The notes under the pieces: generated by a model
Databases searched by the model: none
What the model was told of the DNA's origin: nothing
The model's input: only the letters and a program-made list of their open reading frames with translations
Shown: positions 1 through 9,805 of the stretch, piece after piece
Position numbering within the stretch: the first letter of the stretch is position 1
How the letters are laid out: each line of letters opens with the position of its first letter
Assembly (NCBI GenBank): GCA_036794825.1
Contig: DAIRGA010000029.1
Coordinates: 3,075-67,074, forward strand
Source of the DNA: Bacteroidales bacterium
GTDB lineage: Bacteria; Bacteroidota; Bacteroidia; Bacteroidales; 4484-276
DNA: 64,000 nucleotides
Direction: 5' to 3'
Program-made: the position numbers and the translations under genes

Positions 1-193
1 TTGAATCAACGAGCACGTCGCTGGCATTTACCAGTCTTACTGCCGATTCATCCTCGTCGCCGTAAGCTTTCGGAACTACAAAGATGGTTTCGATATTCTG
101 GTTGGCAAGGCCTTTGGTTAACCCGTAACAGGCTGTGCCTAAACCTCCTGAGATATGCGGAGGGAACTCCCATCCAAACATTAGTACTTTCAT
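1..193 (-). CDS. glycogen-synthase-like glycosyltransferase (GT-B, GT4/GT5 type); N-terminal fragment running off the window
   Basis: Absent from the ORF track because there is no stop in the window. My own minus-strand translation from ATG 193 reads MKVLMFGWEFPPHISGGLGTACYGLTKGLANQNIETIFVVPKAYGDEDE... The N-terminal GGLG loop is typical of alpha-glucan synthase-type GTs. It starts 33 nt after the debranching-enzyme stop. Confidence 0.65.
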   Translation of the reverse strand, partial: MKVLMFGWEFPPHISGGLGTACYGLTKGLANQNIETIFVVPKAYGDEDESAVRLVNASDVLVDS

Positions 194-225
194 GAATCTT
201 TCTTCTTGGTTGATGTTGAATGTGA

Positions 226-2169
226 TTAAACAAAATTGCTGATCATCTCATTTGCTCTGAGTAGTTCGGCAACAGAGGTAGCCATCGAAATGGCGCCCGA
301 TGGATTGTGAGGCGGATCGCCGTCGTAAATTTCCGATATCGTACCGATTCCGTAATTCTGCAATTCCGGCTCTATACCTTTATATAGATTACGCAGAACA
401 TACAGACCGCTTTTCTTGTAAACCCTGAGGTAAGCTTCGGCATAATGGCCAGAGAGCCAAGCAACTACCGAGCCCTGGTGATAAGCTTCATCGCGTTCTT
501 TGGCATCGCCGCCATAAACGCCTTTGTACTTAAGACTCTTTGGTGATAATGAACGCAACCCTTTAGGAGTCAGCAATTCACGCTCGATGATGTCAAGTAT
601 CTTTTTTTGCTGCAGATCGGTAAGCGGCGAGTAAGGCATCGAAACAGCCAATAACTGGTTAGGTCTTACCGACCAGTCTTTGAAGTTTCCGTTGGTGTAA
701 TCGGCCAGGTACCCTTTTTCGTTGTCCCAGAACTCGTTGGTAAAGGCCATCTTAATTTTCTCGGCGATCTCTTTCCATTGTCCTGTAAAGTTGGAATCTT
801 TGGCTGCCTTGGCCAGCTCAAGGCTGAACATGATGGCATTGTACCAGAGGGCATTTACCTCCACCGGCATCCCGATGCGTGGAGTTACGGGTTTGCCGCT
901 CACATAAGCGTTCATCCAGGTGAGTGCTGATCCTGACTCGCCGGCATAGAGTAAACCGTTTTCTTCCATCCGGATATTATACTCGGTTCCGTCTTTATAA
1001 GCGTTGAGAATCAGTTTGATGACATTCTTATAATCATTCCAGATCCTGGCTTTCTCACCGGTTTTCTCCACATACTTCTGCAGCGCCCAGAAAAACCAGA
1101 GTTGCGTATCTACTGAATCATAGGTGGTTTTGTTGTTGAGGATGGCATTGTGGAAAAATGGTCCCTGCATATTGCCGACCATCGTATCCACCACTTCGAT
1201 GAAAGTTTTGGTATCACCCTGAGTCAAAAGCAGCCCGGGTAAAGCCATAAAGGTATCCCTTCCGATGCTTCCATACCAGGGATAACCGGCTAAGACCTCT
1301 ACTTTCTTGTCCTTCCTCACCATAAATTGCTGAGCTGCATTGATAAGACAGTTTTCGAAGGTGTTTCGGGGCATTCTCTTTTTGGCTTCGGCAGCGAACC
1401 TTTGCTTCAAACCTGATGGATTCACCTCCGAAGTGCTGGCGGCAAGAATGATGGATTCCCCTTTAGCAATAGGAATTTCGAAAAACCCAGGAACATAGAG
1501 ATCTTCAAGACTGTCGTAGCCTCTGAGTTTCTCGTGGGTGTACTCGATATTGTAGTACCAGTCGGGAACGTGCGTGTATTCCGGTTTTTTGGAGAATTGT
1601 ATGTACAAAGGGGAATATCCTTCATACATCACCACTTTGATCCCGTTTTCAACGGATTCATACTTCTTATTCGCGTCAATATTTGCCTTCGAAAGCTCAT
1701 GAATGTTTCTGAAAGCAAGGAAAGGCTTGAACCGGAGTTTGGTTTCGGAGTGCGCTTCTACCAACGTGTACTTAATAATCATCTGGTTTTCGTGTGATGA
1801 AAAGAGCATCTCTTTCTCTAACACAACACCGCCTACGCGGTAAGTAATTTTTGGAGTGGGGTCAAGCTCGAAGTTCCTGACGTATTTATGCCCTTTTGGT
1901 GAGTAAACGCCATTCTGGTACTTGTGGATTCCCAGATTAAAACTGGCGTCGTGCTGGATAACGGTTTCATCAAGCGTGGAAAGCAACACATGCGGATCGT
2001 TACCGAACTGCGGCTGGGGAACAATCAGCAAACCGTGATATTTCCTTGTGTTACAATTGATAATGGTAGTGGAGGAGAAGGCTCCCGAGCGGTTAGATCT
2101 GAGGAGTTCGCGCCTAAGTGAGTACTCTAAATTGATTAGTTGGGTTTTGTCAAACTTTATGTAGCTCAT
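226..2169 (-). CDS. glycogen debranching enzyme / amylo-alpha-1,6-glucosidase family protein
   Basis: Long ORF with the GDE N-terminal region (YIKFDK...NTRKYHGLL) and a C-terminal (alpha/alpha)6 glucosidase-like region. I chose ATG 2169 (MSYIKFDK) because a -7 promoter box lies inside the 2170-2241 extension. Confidence 0.85.
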   Translation of the reverse strand: MSYIKFDKTQLINLEYSLRRELLRSNRSGAFSSTTIINCNTRKYHGLLIVPQPQFGNDPHVLLSTLDETVIQHDASFNLGIHKYQNGVYSPKGHKYVRNFELDPTPKITYRVGGVVLEKEMLFSSHENQMIIKYTLVEAHSETKLRFKPFLAFRNIHELSKANIDANKKYESVENGIKVVMYEGYSPLYIQFSKKPEYTHVPDWYYNIEYTHEKLRGYDSLEDLYVPGFFEIPIAKGESIILAASTSEVNPSGLKQRFAAEAKKRMPRNTFENCLINAAQQFMVRKDKKVEVLAGYPWYGSIGRDTFMALPGLLLTQGDTKTFIEVVDTMVGNMQGPFFHNAILNNKTTYDSVDTQLWFFWALQKYVEKTGEKARIWNDYKNVIKLILNAYKDGTEYNIRMEENGLLYAGESGSALTWMNAYVSGKPVTPRIGMPVEVNALWYNAIMFSLELAKAAKDSNFTGQWKEIAEKIKMAFTNEFWDNEKGYLADYTNGNFKDWSVRPNQLLAVSMPYSPLTDLQQKKILDIIERELLTPKGLRSLSPKSLKYKGVYGGDAKERDEAYHQGSVVAWLSGHYAEAYLRVYKKSGLYVLRNLYKGIEPELQNYGIGTISEIYDGDPPHNPSGAISMATSVAELLRANEMISNFV

Positions 2170-2230
2170 GCTGTGTAAAATCTTGAAATTTAATTCTTTA
2201 GAAACGAAAAATGAATTTTTTTTTGAGCCG

Positions 2231-2238
2231 CAAAAGTA
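2231..2238 (-). promoter_or_regulatory. -7 promoter box TACTTTTG (TAnnTTTG consensus)
   Basis: Perfect match to the Bacteroidota primary-sigma -7 motif, about 60 nt upstream of ATG 2169. Confidence 0.45.
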
Positions 2239-2410
2239 CACATTTATAGCCTAAGTTTAGATTTCGTTTAATACTAATTAACATAAAATTAAAGAATTAG
2301 TCGGCTATTCAGCACTTTTAGGCATTCTTATCATCCTGAAAATTCCTGAAAACACTTTACTCAAAAATTATAATTTCGCAATCTTAAAATTTTGAACCGG
2401 AGAAATTCTG

Positions 2411-5400
2411 ATGGAGATCTTTAATAATCAGGAGCTCTTGCAACAGCTAACTCAGGCCAAAGCGCAGCTTAAAGAAGCTGACGAATCTTTGCAGGTTGCA
2501 TTGAAACAGATTTCAGAATTTGAGCAGGCTACCGACAATGTCCATCTGGCCATCATTAAGCTTTTACCCTGCGGAAAGGTTGAATATGTTAACCCGTTTG
2601 CCTTTACGCTTTTTGATCCGGGCGATGGGCAGTCCCTGTTAAATAGTATTTTAAAGGCGATCACTCCACCCGGTATTCCGGTCGGCATGGACTTTGCCGG
2701 GCTAATCAGGGTGTTGGTTGAGAGCTATAAAAATTTCTACCGGCACGAATCCAAAATTACTACCAAAGAAAAGGATATCATCTGGATTAGCTGGACAATA
2801 CAGTTTCTTTTTGATGTGGCAGGGACGACAACCGGACTGGTAGCGCTGGGAAGCGATATTACCAACCTCAAACAGACCGAGAACGCACTCCGGCAGAATG
2901 AATTTGTCCTGAAAAAAGCGCACGAAATTTCCAAAACCGGAAGTTGGGTGTGGACGGCCGGGACAGATAACCTGATCGGGTCGGAGCTCTTTTTCCAGAT
3001 ATTCGGGATTACACCAACTTCCAGTTACGCTGAGCTTTTGTCAAAACTGGAAAAAATCATCCTCCCGGAGTATCTTGATTTTATCAAATCAAAAATCCAC
3101 AAGGCCTTAACCCGCGGTACCACAGATTCGTACACCTATAAAATTATGCATCCTTCGGGATTTATCCGCTGGATTGTTGAGGAGGTTTGCCTGCTTCCGG
3201 GCCACGAAAGTAATGCCGCACGCCTTGTGGGTACGGTGAGGGACATCACTGCACAAAAGGAAACCGAAGAGAAACTGAGAGAATATCTGCTCATTGTCTC
3301 TTCATCCAGCGAGCTGATGTCGCTGATTTCACCGGATTATCGCTATATCAATGTAAACCAGGCTTATATTGATGCTTATCAGAAACCAATCTCACAAATC
3401 GAAGGGCACACCGTGGCTGAGATGTTTGGTGAAGAGGTGTTTCAACAACTCATCAAACCCAATATTGACCGGTGTTTGCTGGGCGAAACCATTTCAGACC
3501 AGTACTGGAGTGTTTATCCTGACGGTGGCCGGCGATTCATGGATGTAAAGTACAACCCGGTGCGGGAGATTGATGGAATGATCTCGGGGGTAACCGTGAG
3601 TACACGGGATATTACCGAATTGATTTACACTGAAGAACAGTTGAGGATTTTCAGGATGTTTGCCGAAGAATCCGGCGTCGGGTTTGGAATGGCGAGCCTC
3701 GATGGCAGGATAACTTACATCAATTCAACGCTTTGTAGCCTGGCTGGCTTCAGCAGTCCGCAGGAAATCATTGGTAAATCCGTTGGTGAGACCTATCTTA
3801 AGGATCATCAAACGCTGCTGCGCAACGAAATTATCCCCATCATCAGGCACAAAGGACATTGGACGGGCGAAATTGACATGATCCGCAGCGATGGAAACAC
3901 AGTGTACACGATACAAAATTTTTTCCTTATCCGCAACGAATTGGAAGAGCCTGTTTCTTATGCACTTAGTGTAACAAACATCACCGATCGGAAAATCGCC
4001 GAGCAGGCACTCCAACGCAGCGAGACCAATTTCAGGTCCATCTTTACCAACGCCGCCATCGGTATAGATGTGGTAGATGAAAAAGGTAAATTTTTGCAGG
4101 TGAACCGCGCCCTTGCTGAAATGCTTGGCTACACGCAGGAAGAGCTGATCCAGTTGAAAATTGCCGATATCACCTTTCCTGAAGACACCGAACCGAGCAT
4201 CTGTTCGCTGTACGACCTGTTTAGTGGTAAGAATGATAGTTATCGCCTCGAAAAGAGATACACACGAAAAGATGGCTCGATCTTCTGGGCGGATATTTCA
4301 GTTACGATTTACCACGACATTGTCAGCCAGAAGCGTTTCGCAATTGGCACTATCATCGACATCACCCAATCGAAAACGCTTCAGCAGCAGCTCGAACGTT
4401 CGCGTGAAGAGGCCGTCAGGGCAAATATGGCCAAATCGGAGTTCCTGGCCAATATGAGCCACGAGATCCGGACACCGCTCAACGCCGTAATCGGATTTAC
4501 CGAATTACTCGAAACCATGGTTACCGACAAAAAGCAAATCAGCTACCTCGAATCCATCAAATCAGGCGGCAAAAACCTGCTGCTTCTCATCAACGACATA
4601 CTTGACCTTTCGAAGATTGAAGCCGGTAAAATGAGTTTCAAATACGAACCGGTGAATCCCCATACCCTTATCAACGAAATCAAACAAATCTTTTCGCTGA
4701 AAATTGAAGACAAAAACCTCGAGTTCATTATTGACGTTGACCCCGGAATTCCTGCAAGCCTTGTACTGGATGAGGTTCGGGTCCGACAGGTCATTTTTAA
4801 TCTGATTGGGAATGCCATCAAATTTACCGACCAGGGTTATGTAAAATTTTCGGTAAAAAAGACTGGTTCAGAGAGCGATAGCAGCAAAATTGACCTCAAA
4901 GTCTCCGTAGAAGACACAGGCATTGGCATCCCGTCAGACCAGCACCAGATTATTTTCGATGCGTTTCAACAGCAATCTGGTCACAACACACGCAAATACG
5001 GCGGCACCGGACTTGGACTCTCCATCAGCAAGCGCCTGGTTGAAATGATGGGAGGAAACATAAGCCTGCACAGTGAGCCGGGCAAAGGATCCAATTTCTC
5101 TTTTACACTGAAAGACGTGGCTGTAGGCGCTTCCATCGAAATGGATGATGGCTCCGACGAGCTCGATACCATAGGCCTGGTGTTTCACCCGGCTGCCATT
5201 TTGATAGTTGATGATGTGGAATCGAACCGAAACCTTATCCGTGAAAATCTCACCGCACTGAATTTTAATGTCCTGGAGGCTGAAGATGGCTCACAGGCCG
5301 TCCAGATGGCCGTACATTCGAAGCCAGACCTTATATTTATGGACATCAGGATGCCGGTAATGGATGGATTTGAGGCCACAAAAATAATCAAGTCAAATCC

Positions 5401-5908
5401 CGAAACCCGCGAAATCGTTGTAGTCGCTCTCACTGCATCGCTGCGTAACGAAGATCAGAAGGACACTTACCAGCACTTTTTTGACGGCTATCTGCATAAA
5501 CCGGTTACCCGCACTGAACTTTACCGCGAACTGATGAAATTTTTGCCATACGAACAGCACAGCCACCCTGCATTGTCTGGCGAGGATAAGAGTTGCCAGT
5601 TTGTTTTGAACGGTTTGATTTCGATCCCAGCAGAAAAGATTGACGAATTTATCAGGACTCTTGACAAACAATTGATGAAAAAGTGGGATAAAGCTTACAG
5701 TTTCCAGCTTTCGGACGAGATGAAGGATTTTGCTGAATCGGTAATCCAGGCAGGAAAGCAGTTTGAATTCCCGATACTTACTACTTTTGGAGAGGAATTC
5801 CTGGTGGCATTGGATAATTTTGAGCTGGATACTATGGAGAATTGCCTGAAGAATTTCCCGAAACTTGTTCAGCAGATAAAAAATCATCTGCACAACCAAA
5901 CCAACTGA
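2411..5908 (+). CDS. multi-PAS hybrid sensor histidine kinase / response regulator
   Basis: Several PAS/PAC-like modules are followed by an H-box (SEFLANMSHEIRTPLN, His codon 4460-4462). Then come the HATPase motifs (NLIGNAIKFT, DTGIGI, GGTGLGLSIS) and a receiver (DLIFMDIRMPVMDG, Asp codon 5342-5344). A helical tail of about 125 aa closes the protein. Confidence 0.9.
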   Translation: MEIFNNQELLQQLTQAKAQLKEADESLQVALKQISEFEQATDNVHLAIIKLLPCGKVEYVNPFAFTLFDPGDGQSLLNSILKAITPPGIPVGMDFAGLIRVLVESYKNFYRHESKITTKEKDIIWISWTIQFLFDVAGTTTGLVALGSDITNLKQTENALRQNEFVLKKAHEISKTGSWVWTAGTDNLIGSELFFQIFGITPTSSYAELLSKLEKIILPEYLDFIKSKIHKALTRGTTDSYTYKIMHPSGFIRWIVEEVCLLPGHESNAARLVGTVRDITAQKETEEKLREYLLIVSSSSELMSLISPDYRYINVNQAYIDAYQKPISQIEGHTVAEMFGEEVFQQLIKPNIDRCLLGETISDQYWSVYPDGGRRFMDVKYNPVREIDGMISGVTVSTRDITELIYTEEQLRIFRMFAEESGVGFGMASLDGRITYINSTLCSLAGFSSPQEIIGKSVGETYLKDHQTLLRNEIIPIIRHKGHWTGEIDMIRSDGNTVYTIQNFFLIRNELEEPVSYALSVTNITDRKIAEQALQRSETNFRSIFTNAAIGIDVVDEKGKFLQVNRALAEMLGYTQEELIQLKIADITFPEDTEPSICSLYDLFSGKNDSYRLEKRYTRKDGSIFWADISVTIYHDIVSQKRFAIGTIIDITQSKTLQQQLERSREEAVRANMAKSEFLANMSHEIRTPLNAVIGFTELLETMVTDKKQISYLESIKSGGKNLLLLINDILDLSKIEAGKMSFKYEPVNPHTLINEIKQIFSLKIEDKNLEFIIDVDPGIPASLVLDEVRVRQVIFNLIGNAIKFTDQGYVKFSVKKTGSESDSSKIDLKVSVEDTGIGIPSDQHQIIFDAFQQQSGHNTRKYGGTGLGLSISKRLVEMMGGNISLHSEPGKGSNFSFTLKDVAVGASIEMDDGSDELDTIGLVFHPAAILIVDDVESNRNLIRENLTALNFNVLEAEDGSQAVQMAVHSKPDLIFMDIRMPVMDGFEATKIIKSNPETREIVVVALTASLRNEDQKDTYQHFFDGYLHKPVTRTELYRELMKFLPYEQHSHPALSGEDKSCQFVLNGLISIPAEKIDEFIRTLDKQLMKKWDKAYSFQLSDEMKDFAESVIQAGKQFEFPILTTFGEEFLVALDNFELDTMENCLKNFPKLVQQIKNHLHNQTN

Positions 5909-5929
5909 AACCGATTAAGATGAAAGTAC

Positions 5930-5937
5930 TATTTTTG
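5930..5937 (+). promoter_or_regulatory. -7 promoter box TATTTTTG
   Basis: TAnnTTTG match 23 nt upstream of ATG 5961. Confidence 0.45.
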
Positions 5938-5960
5938 GAAACTAATTCCTGCAGATCCTG

Positions 5961-7076
5961 ATGGAATCCAATCCCAAAATACTTCTGGTGGATGATAACC
6001 CGGTGAATATCAGGGTGGCTGCAAGTATTCTGCGCGATAATCATTACAACGTATCCTTTGCCCAATCCGGCCAGGAAGCACTCAGCAAAGTGGAGATCAT
6101 TGATTTCGACCTGATACTGCTTGATATCATGATGCCCGGAATTGATGGTTTCGAAGTGTGTACATTATTAAAGGAGAACCCAAAAACCAAAAATATCCCA
6201 ATCATTTTTCTTACCGGTCGTACAGAAACTGAAAATGTGGTGAGGGCATTTGACCTGGGAGGCGCCGATTATGTTACCAAACCTTTCAATGGTAAGGAGT
6301 TGCTTGCCCGCGTTGAAACCCAAATAAGGATAAAAAACAACCACGACACCCTCGAACTGCTCAACCGTCAATTGCAGGAGGCCAATGATACCAAAGATAA
6401 GATGTTCTCAATCATCAGCCACGACCTGCTTGGGCCTTTCGGAAATATCAGGGAGTCGCTGGAGTTAATTGCCACCGACCAGGTGAAAATTGAACACAAA
6501 CCAATGGTGGATTTTGTAAAGGCAGTGTGGAATACAACAAGCAACGCCTACGATCTGCTCGAAAACCTTCTTTACTGGGCCAGAAATCAGCAGGGCAGAA
6601 TGGTGTATATGCCAAAATCCATCAGCCTGAACCAGTTAATCCATGAAAATATAATGCTGCTCGAAGGCATCGCCAACAGCAAAAACATCACCCTGAAAGC
6701 CAGTCTTATCAGCGATTTTGCGGTTTTTGCCGATAGAAATGCCGTGAAGACTATTTTACGCAACCTGGTATCCAACGCACTTAAATTCACCAATCCCGGC
6801 GGGCAAATCATCACCAGAGTGAAACCCTATGGTGATGACTTCCTGGTAATTTCGGTTTCCGACAATGGGATCGGGATGGATGAACAGACTGCGTCGAACA
6901 TCTTCAGTAAATTTAAGAATCAACCCAAATGGGGAACCAAAGGAGAGAAAGGAGTAGGTTTGGGCTTGGTGATTACCAAAGAGTTTGTCGAAAAACACCA
7001 GGGAAAAATCTGGGTAAAAAGTAAGGAAGGAGAGGGGAGTACCTTTTATTTTACGCTACCAGTCAAAAAACTTTGA
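5961..7076 (+). CDS. response-regulator receiver fused to a histidine kinase (REC-HisKA-HATPase)
   Basis: N-terminal receiver (ILLVDDNPVN, DLILLDIMMPGIDGFE, KPF). H-box FSIISHDLLGPF. HATPase motifs NLVSNALKFT, DNGIGM, GVGLGL. Confidence 0.9.
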   Translation: MESNPKILLVDDNPVNIRVAASILRDNHYNVSFAQSGQEALSKVEIIDFDLILLDIMMPGIDGFEVCTLLKENPKTKNIPIIFLTGRTETENVVRAFDLGGADYVTKPFNGKELLARVETQIRIKNNHDTLELLNRQLQEANDTKDKMFSIISHDLLGPFGNIRESLELIATDQVKIEHKPMVDFVKAVWNTTSNAYDLLENLLYWARNQQGRMVYMPKSISLNQLIHENIMLLEGIANSKNITLKASLISDFAVFADRNAVKTILRNLVSNALKFTNPGGQIITRVKPYGDDFLVISVSDNGIGMDEQTASNIFSKFKNQPKWGTKGEKGVGLGLVITKEFVEKHQGKIWVKSKEGEGSTFYFTLPVKKL

Positions 7077-7079
7077 AAT

Positions 7080-7940
7080 ATGCTTACCGAAAAATCAGAA
7101 AAACGCAACACGATCCTGATCGTGGACGATATTCCAAAAAATATCGAACTGGCCGCCAATATCTTACAGGCCAAGAATTACAACATCACCTTTGCCACCA
7201 GCGGTGAAACGGCGCTGGAAAAAGTAAAATCAATCAATTTTGATCTCATCCTGCTCGATGTGATGATGCCGGGTATGGATGGTTTTGAAGTGTGCAAAAG
7301 GCTTAAAAGTGATCCTGAAACAAAGGAAATTCCGGTTATCTTCCTCACCGCCAAATCAGAAACTGAGAATGTAGTTCAAGGCTTTGAGCTTGGCGCTGTG
7401 GATTATGTTACCAAACCATTCAGTACCGAAGAATTGCTGGCAAGGGTCAAAACCCACATCAATATTCGAAAAAAGTACCTTGAAAAAGTGCATCTCGAAA
7501 ATCAACTTTTGAGTGATGTGCAGCCTGTGGATGACCAAACACGTCAGCAACTCGAAACACAACTGGAAGAAAAAAAGAAGGAACTCAACCAGGTTAACCT
7601 CTTTTATGAGCTGCGCAGCCAGATGGATAAACTGATCCAGGAAAAGAATCCGGTTGCCCGCATGGAAATCAGGCACATCAAAGAGATGATCTCAAATCTT
7701 TTTATTGACAAAAATAACCAGGAGTTCCATAAAGCCCTGAAGAAGGAGTTCCCAAAACTCACGTTCGACGATCTCAGGCTGTGTTCTTATTTGAAGCACC
7801 GTTTCCTGAACGTGGAAATTGCCGAATTTCTCGAAACCTCTCCGGAGGCGGTTTACACGCGGAAATCAAGGCTTCGTCAGAAACTCAACCTCGATCAGGA
7901 GCAGGATATCAACGAGTTTCTGTCGAATTACACATTCTGA
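7080..7940 (+). CDS. response regulator with a C-terminal LuxR-like HTH (Bacteroidota type)
   Basis: Receiver (ILIVDDIPKN, DLILLDVMMPGMDGFE, TKPF), a coiled-coil linker, then LTFDDLRLCSYLKHRFLNVEIAEFLETSPEAVYTRKSRLRQKL. It starts 3 nt after the previous stop. Confidence 0.8.
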   Translation: MLTEKSEKRNTILIVDDIPKNIELAANILQAKNYNITFATSGETALEKVKSINFDLILLDVMMPGMDGFEVCKRLKSDPETKEIPVIFLTAKSETENVVQGFELGAVDYVTKPFSTEELLARVKTHINIRKKYLEKVHLENQLLSDVQPVDDQTRQQLETQLEEKKKELNQVNLFYELRSQMDKLIQEKNPVARMEIRHIKEMISNLFIDKNNQEFHKALKKEFPKLTFDDLRLCSYLKHRFLNVEIAEFLETSPEAVYTRKSRLRQKLNLDQEQDINEFLSNYTF

Positions 7941-8014
7941 GAAAATAGATCTGAATACTTCAGGCACCAATCGTGATTAATGCTTTGTACATTTTCCTTT
8001 ATCCTTTTAACTTC

Positions 8015-9175
8015 TCATTCGTAATTCCCTTTTTTCACCATCCGGTAATTGTCAATCATGATTTTGCCCATCGCAATCATGTAAACAATCTGAAAATCCT
8101 TATCGAGCAGCAACAGATCTGCATCTTTTCCGGGCTGGATATTTCCCTTGGAGTGTAGTTTCAGAATGCCGGCAACGTTGGAGGTTGCGATCCGTAGCGC
8201 CATTTCCAGTGGAAATTTCTCTCTGAGAACCAGGTCGGCGAGTTCGGTGAGCACTGACTTTGGCAGCCCCATATCAAGCTGGATGAGGTTTCCTTTTTCA
8301 TCAAAATCGGGGAGCGATCCACAGGCATCGGAGGTCAAAGTGATATTTTGCAGTGGAACTCCGGCTCTGATGAGTTCGGGCACTGCTTTGGACGTTTTCA
8401 CCTCAATGTCAGGATAATAGGGATAGGAACTTGCCGTAAGATCAACGTAACCCTTTTTGCCATAGGTTTTTGCATCTTCAAAAATATAAGGATTGCGGTT
8501 GCAGTGTGTGGGGAAAAACTGGGTCAGTTTCAGTTTGCTCTGATTCACAACATCATAAAGTGGCTGGAAGGGATTTTTGGCATCTCCCATATGAATGTTG
8601 ACAATTCCGGCTTTGTTGCCCAACATACCTCCAACACGGGCTTTTGCAGTAAGTTGGATCAACTCATGAATGGTAGGATGACTGCTTCGGTGGTCGGAGA
8701 GGGCAACCTCGCCAATTCCAATCACTTCATCTATCATCGCCAGATCTTTGGCCGGATCGCCTAAAATTGTGGGAGTAGGAACCTGGTATGCGCCAGTGTA
8801 CATATACGCTGAAACTCCCTCCTGGCGGAGGCTTTTGCATTTCATCAGCACCGAAACCGGGTCACGGGTGTAACCATCTGTTCCCAGGCATCCGACCACA
8901 GTGGTAATCCCGCCATCGAGCAGCATGCTAAATGGCATTTCAGGTGTGCGTGTTGCCGGTCCACCTTCACCTCCCGCTCCGGCAATGTGCACATGCGCAT
9001 CAATCAACCCGGGAATCAAAATCAGCCCGGTACCATCAATCTCAATACCTTCTATCCCTTTGGGTAATTGGAGATTTTCACCAATGCCTGCAATTTGATT
9101 TCCTGCTATGAGCAAATCTTTATTGCCGATAGAAGTGGGGGAATAAATGTTGCAATTACTTATTAAAATCATCAT
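8015..9175 (-). CDS. iadA: isoaspartyl dipeptidase (beta-aspartyl peptidase)
   Basis: Collinear with E. coli IadA: PGLIDAHVHIAGAGGEGGPATRTPE, VVGCLGTDG, ALSDHRSS, PTHCNRN, LTSDACGS, PGKDADLLLL. Confidence 0.9.
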   Translation of the reverse strand: MMILISNCNIYSPTSIGNKDLLIAGNQIAGIGENLQLPKGIEGIEIDGTGLILIPGLIDAHVHIAGAGGEGGPATRTPEMPFSMLLDGGITTVVGCLGTDGYTRDPVSVLMKCKSLRQEGVSAYMYTGAYQVPTPTILGDPAKDLAMIDEVIGIGEVALSDHRSSHPTIHELIQLTAKARVGGMLGNKAGIVNIHMGDAKNPFQPLYDVVNQSKLKLTQFFPTHCNRNPYIFEDAKTYGKKGYVDLTASSYPYYPDIEVKTSKAVPELIRAGVPLQNITLTSDACGSLPDFDEKGNLIQLDMGLPKSVLTELADLVLREKFPLEMALRIATSNVAGILKLHSKGNIQPGKDADLLLLDKDFQIVYMIAMGKIMIDNYRMVKKGNYE

Positions 9176-9177
9176 AA

Positions 9178-9756
9178 TCAGTCTCTTATTATTTCAAAAT
9201 CACCCTTTTCATTAATGCGGATAATCCTCGATGGTTTCATGGTTCTGATTTCATTTTGATATAAATTCACAATATGATCCACACTGTTTTTGATTTTTTC
9301 CGAAATCTGCTGAAATCTCAATGCTGTTGGTTCACCGGAGAGATTGGCCGAAGTGGAAACGATCGCTTTTCCAAAAGTCCGGATCAGTTCACGACAAAAT
9401 TCATCTTGCGCAACCCTGATTCCGATTGTTTTGTCTTCAGCAGCAACACCTTTGGCAACATTCCTGGCTCCCTGGTAAATCACTGTTAAAGGTTTGTCGT
9501 AGCTGCGGATCAGATCGAAAAAGAGGGGACTCACCTTGTCAACATACTCGTAAATTCTTTCCGGTGTGTCCACCAGTACCAGAAGACTTTTTCCTTCGAT
9601 ACGTTGCTTGATCTTGTAAACTTTGTTCACCGCTTTCTGGTTAGTGGCATCGCATCCTATTCCCCAAATGGTGTCGGTAGGGTAAAGAATAGTACCGCCG
9701 CTTGCAAGCACCATCACCGCTTTGTCAATTTCGGTTTTGAAAACTTCATTTGTCAT
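9178..9756 (-). CDS. tsaC: L-threonylcarbamoyladenylate synthase (YrdC/Sua5 family)
   Basis: YrdC-domain motifs YPTDTIWGIGCDA and STSANLSGEP, at about the 190-aa size typical of TsaC. Confidence 0.85.
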   Translation of the reverse strand: MTNEVFKTEIDKAVMVLASGGTILYPTDTIWGIGCDATNQKAVNKVYKIKQRIEGKSLLVLVDTPERIYEYVDKVSPLFFDLIRSYDKPLTVIYQGARNVAKGVAAEDKTIGIRVAQDEFCRELIRTFGKAIVSTSANLSGEPTALRFQQISEKIKNSVDHIVNLYQNEIRTMKPSRIIRINEKGDFEIIRD

Positions 9757-9805
9757 AACGATACTATTTCAATATTTACAGCAATTCGACAACCACCTGC
9801 GAGTT

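Noticed and set aside
1-233. ORF-track models 1-195 (+) and 48-233 (-)
   Set aside because: Another minus-strand frame (ATG 193 running to the window edge) gives a clean glycosyltransferase N-terminus (MKVLMFGWEFPPHISGGLG...). The two listed ORFs have no recognisable features and overlap it.
2170-2241. N-terminal extensions of ORF-track models. Examples: 2170-2241, 14290-14310, 19500-19559, 24403-24432, 27974-28006, 29944-29991, 32290-32379, 44034-44069, 50029-50058, 52117-52140 and 63040-63066.
   Set aside because: Homologous N-termini, signal peptides or an ATG begin downstream. Several of the extensions start at TTG/GTG and contain or overlap a TAnnTTTG promoter box. These choices remain unverified without TSS or proteomic data.
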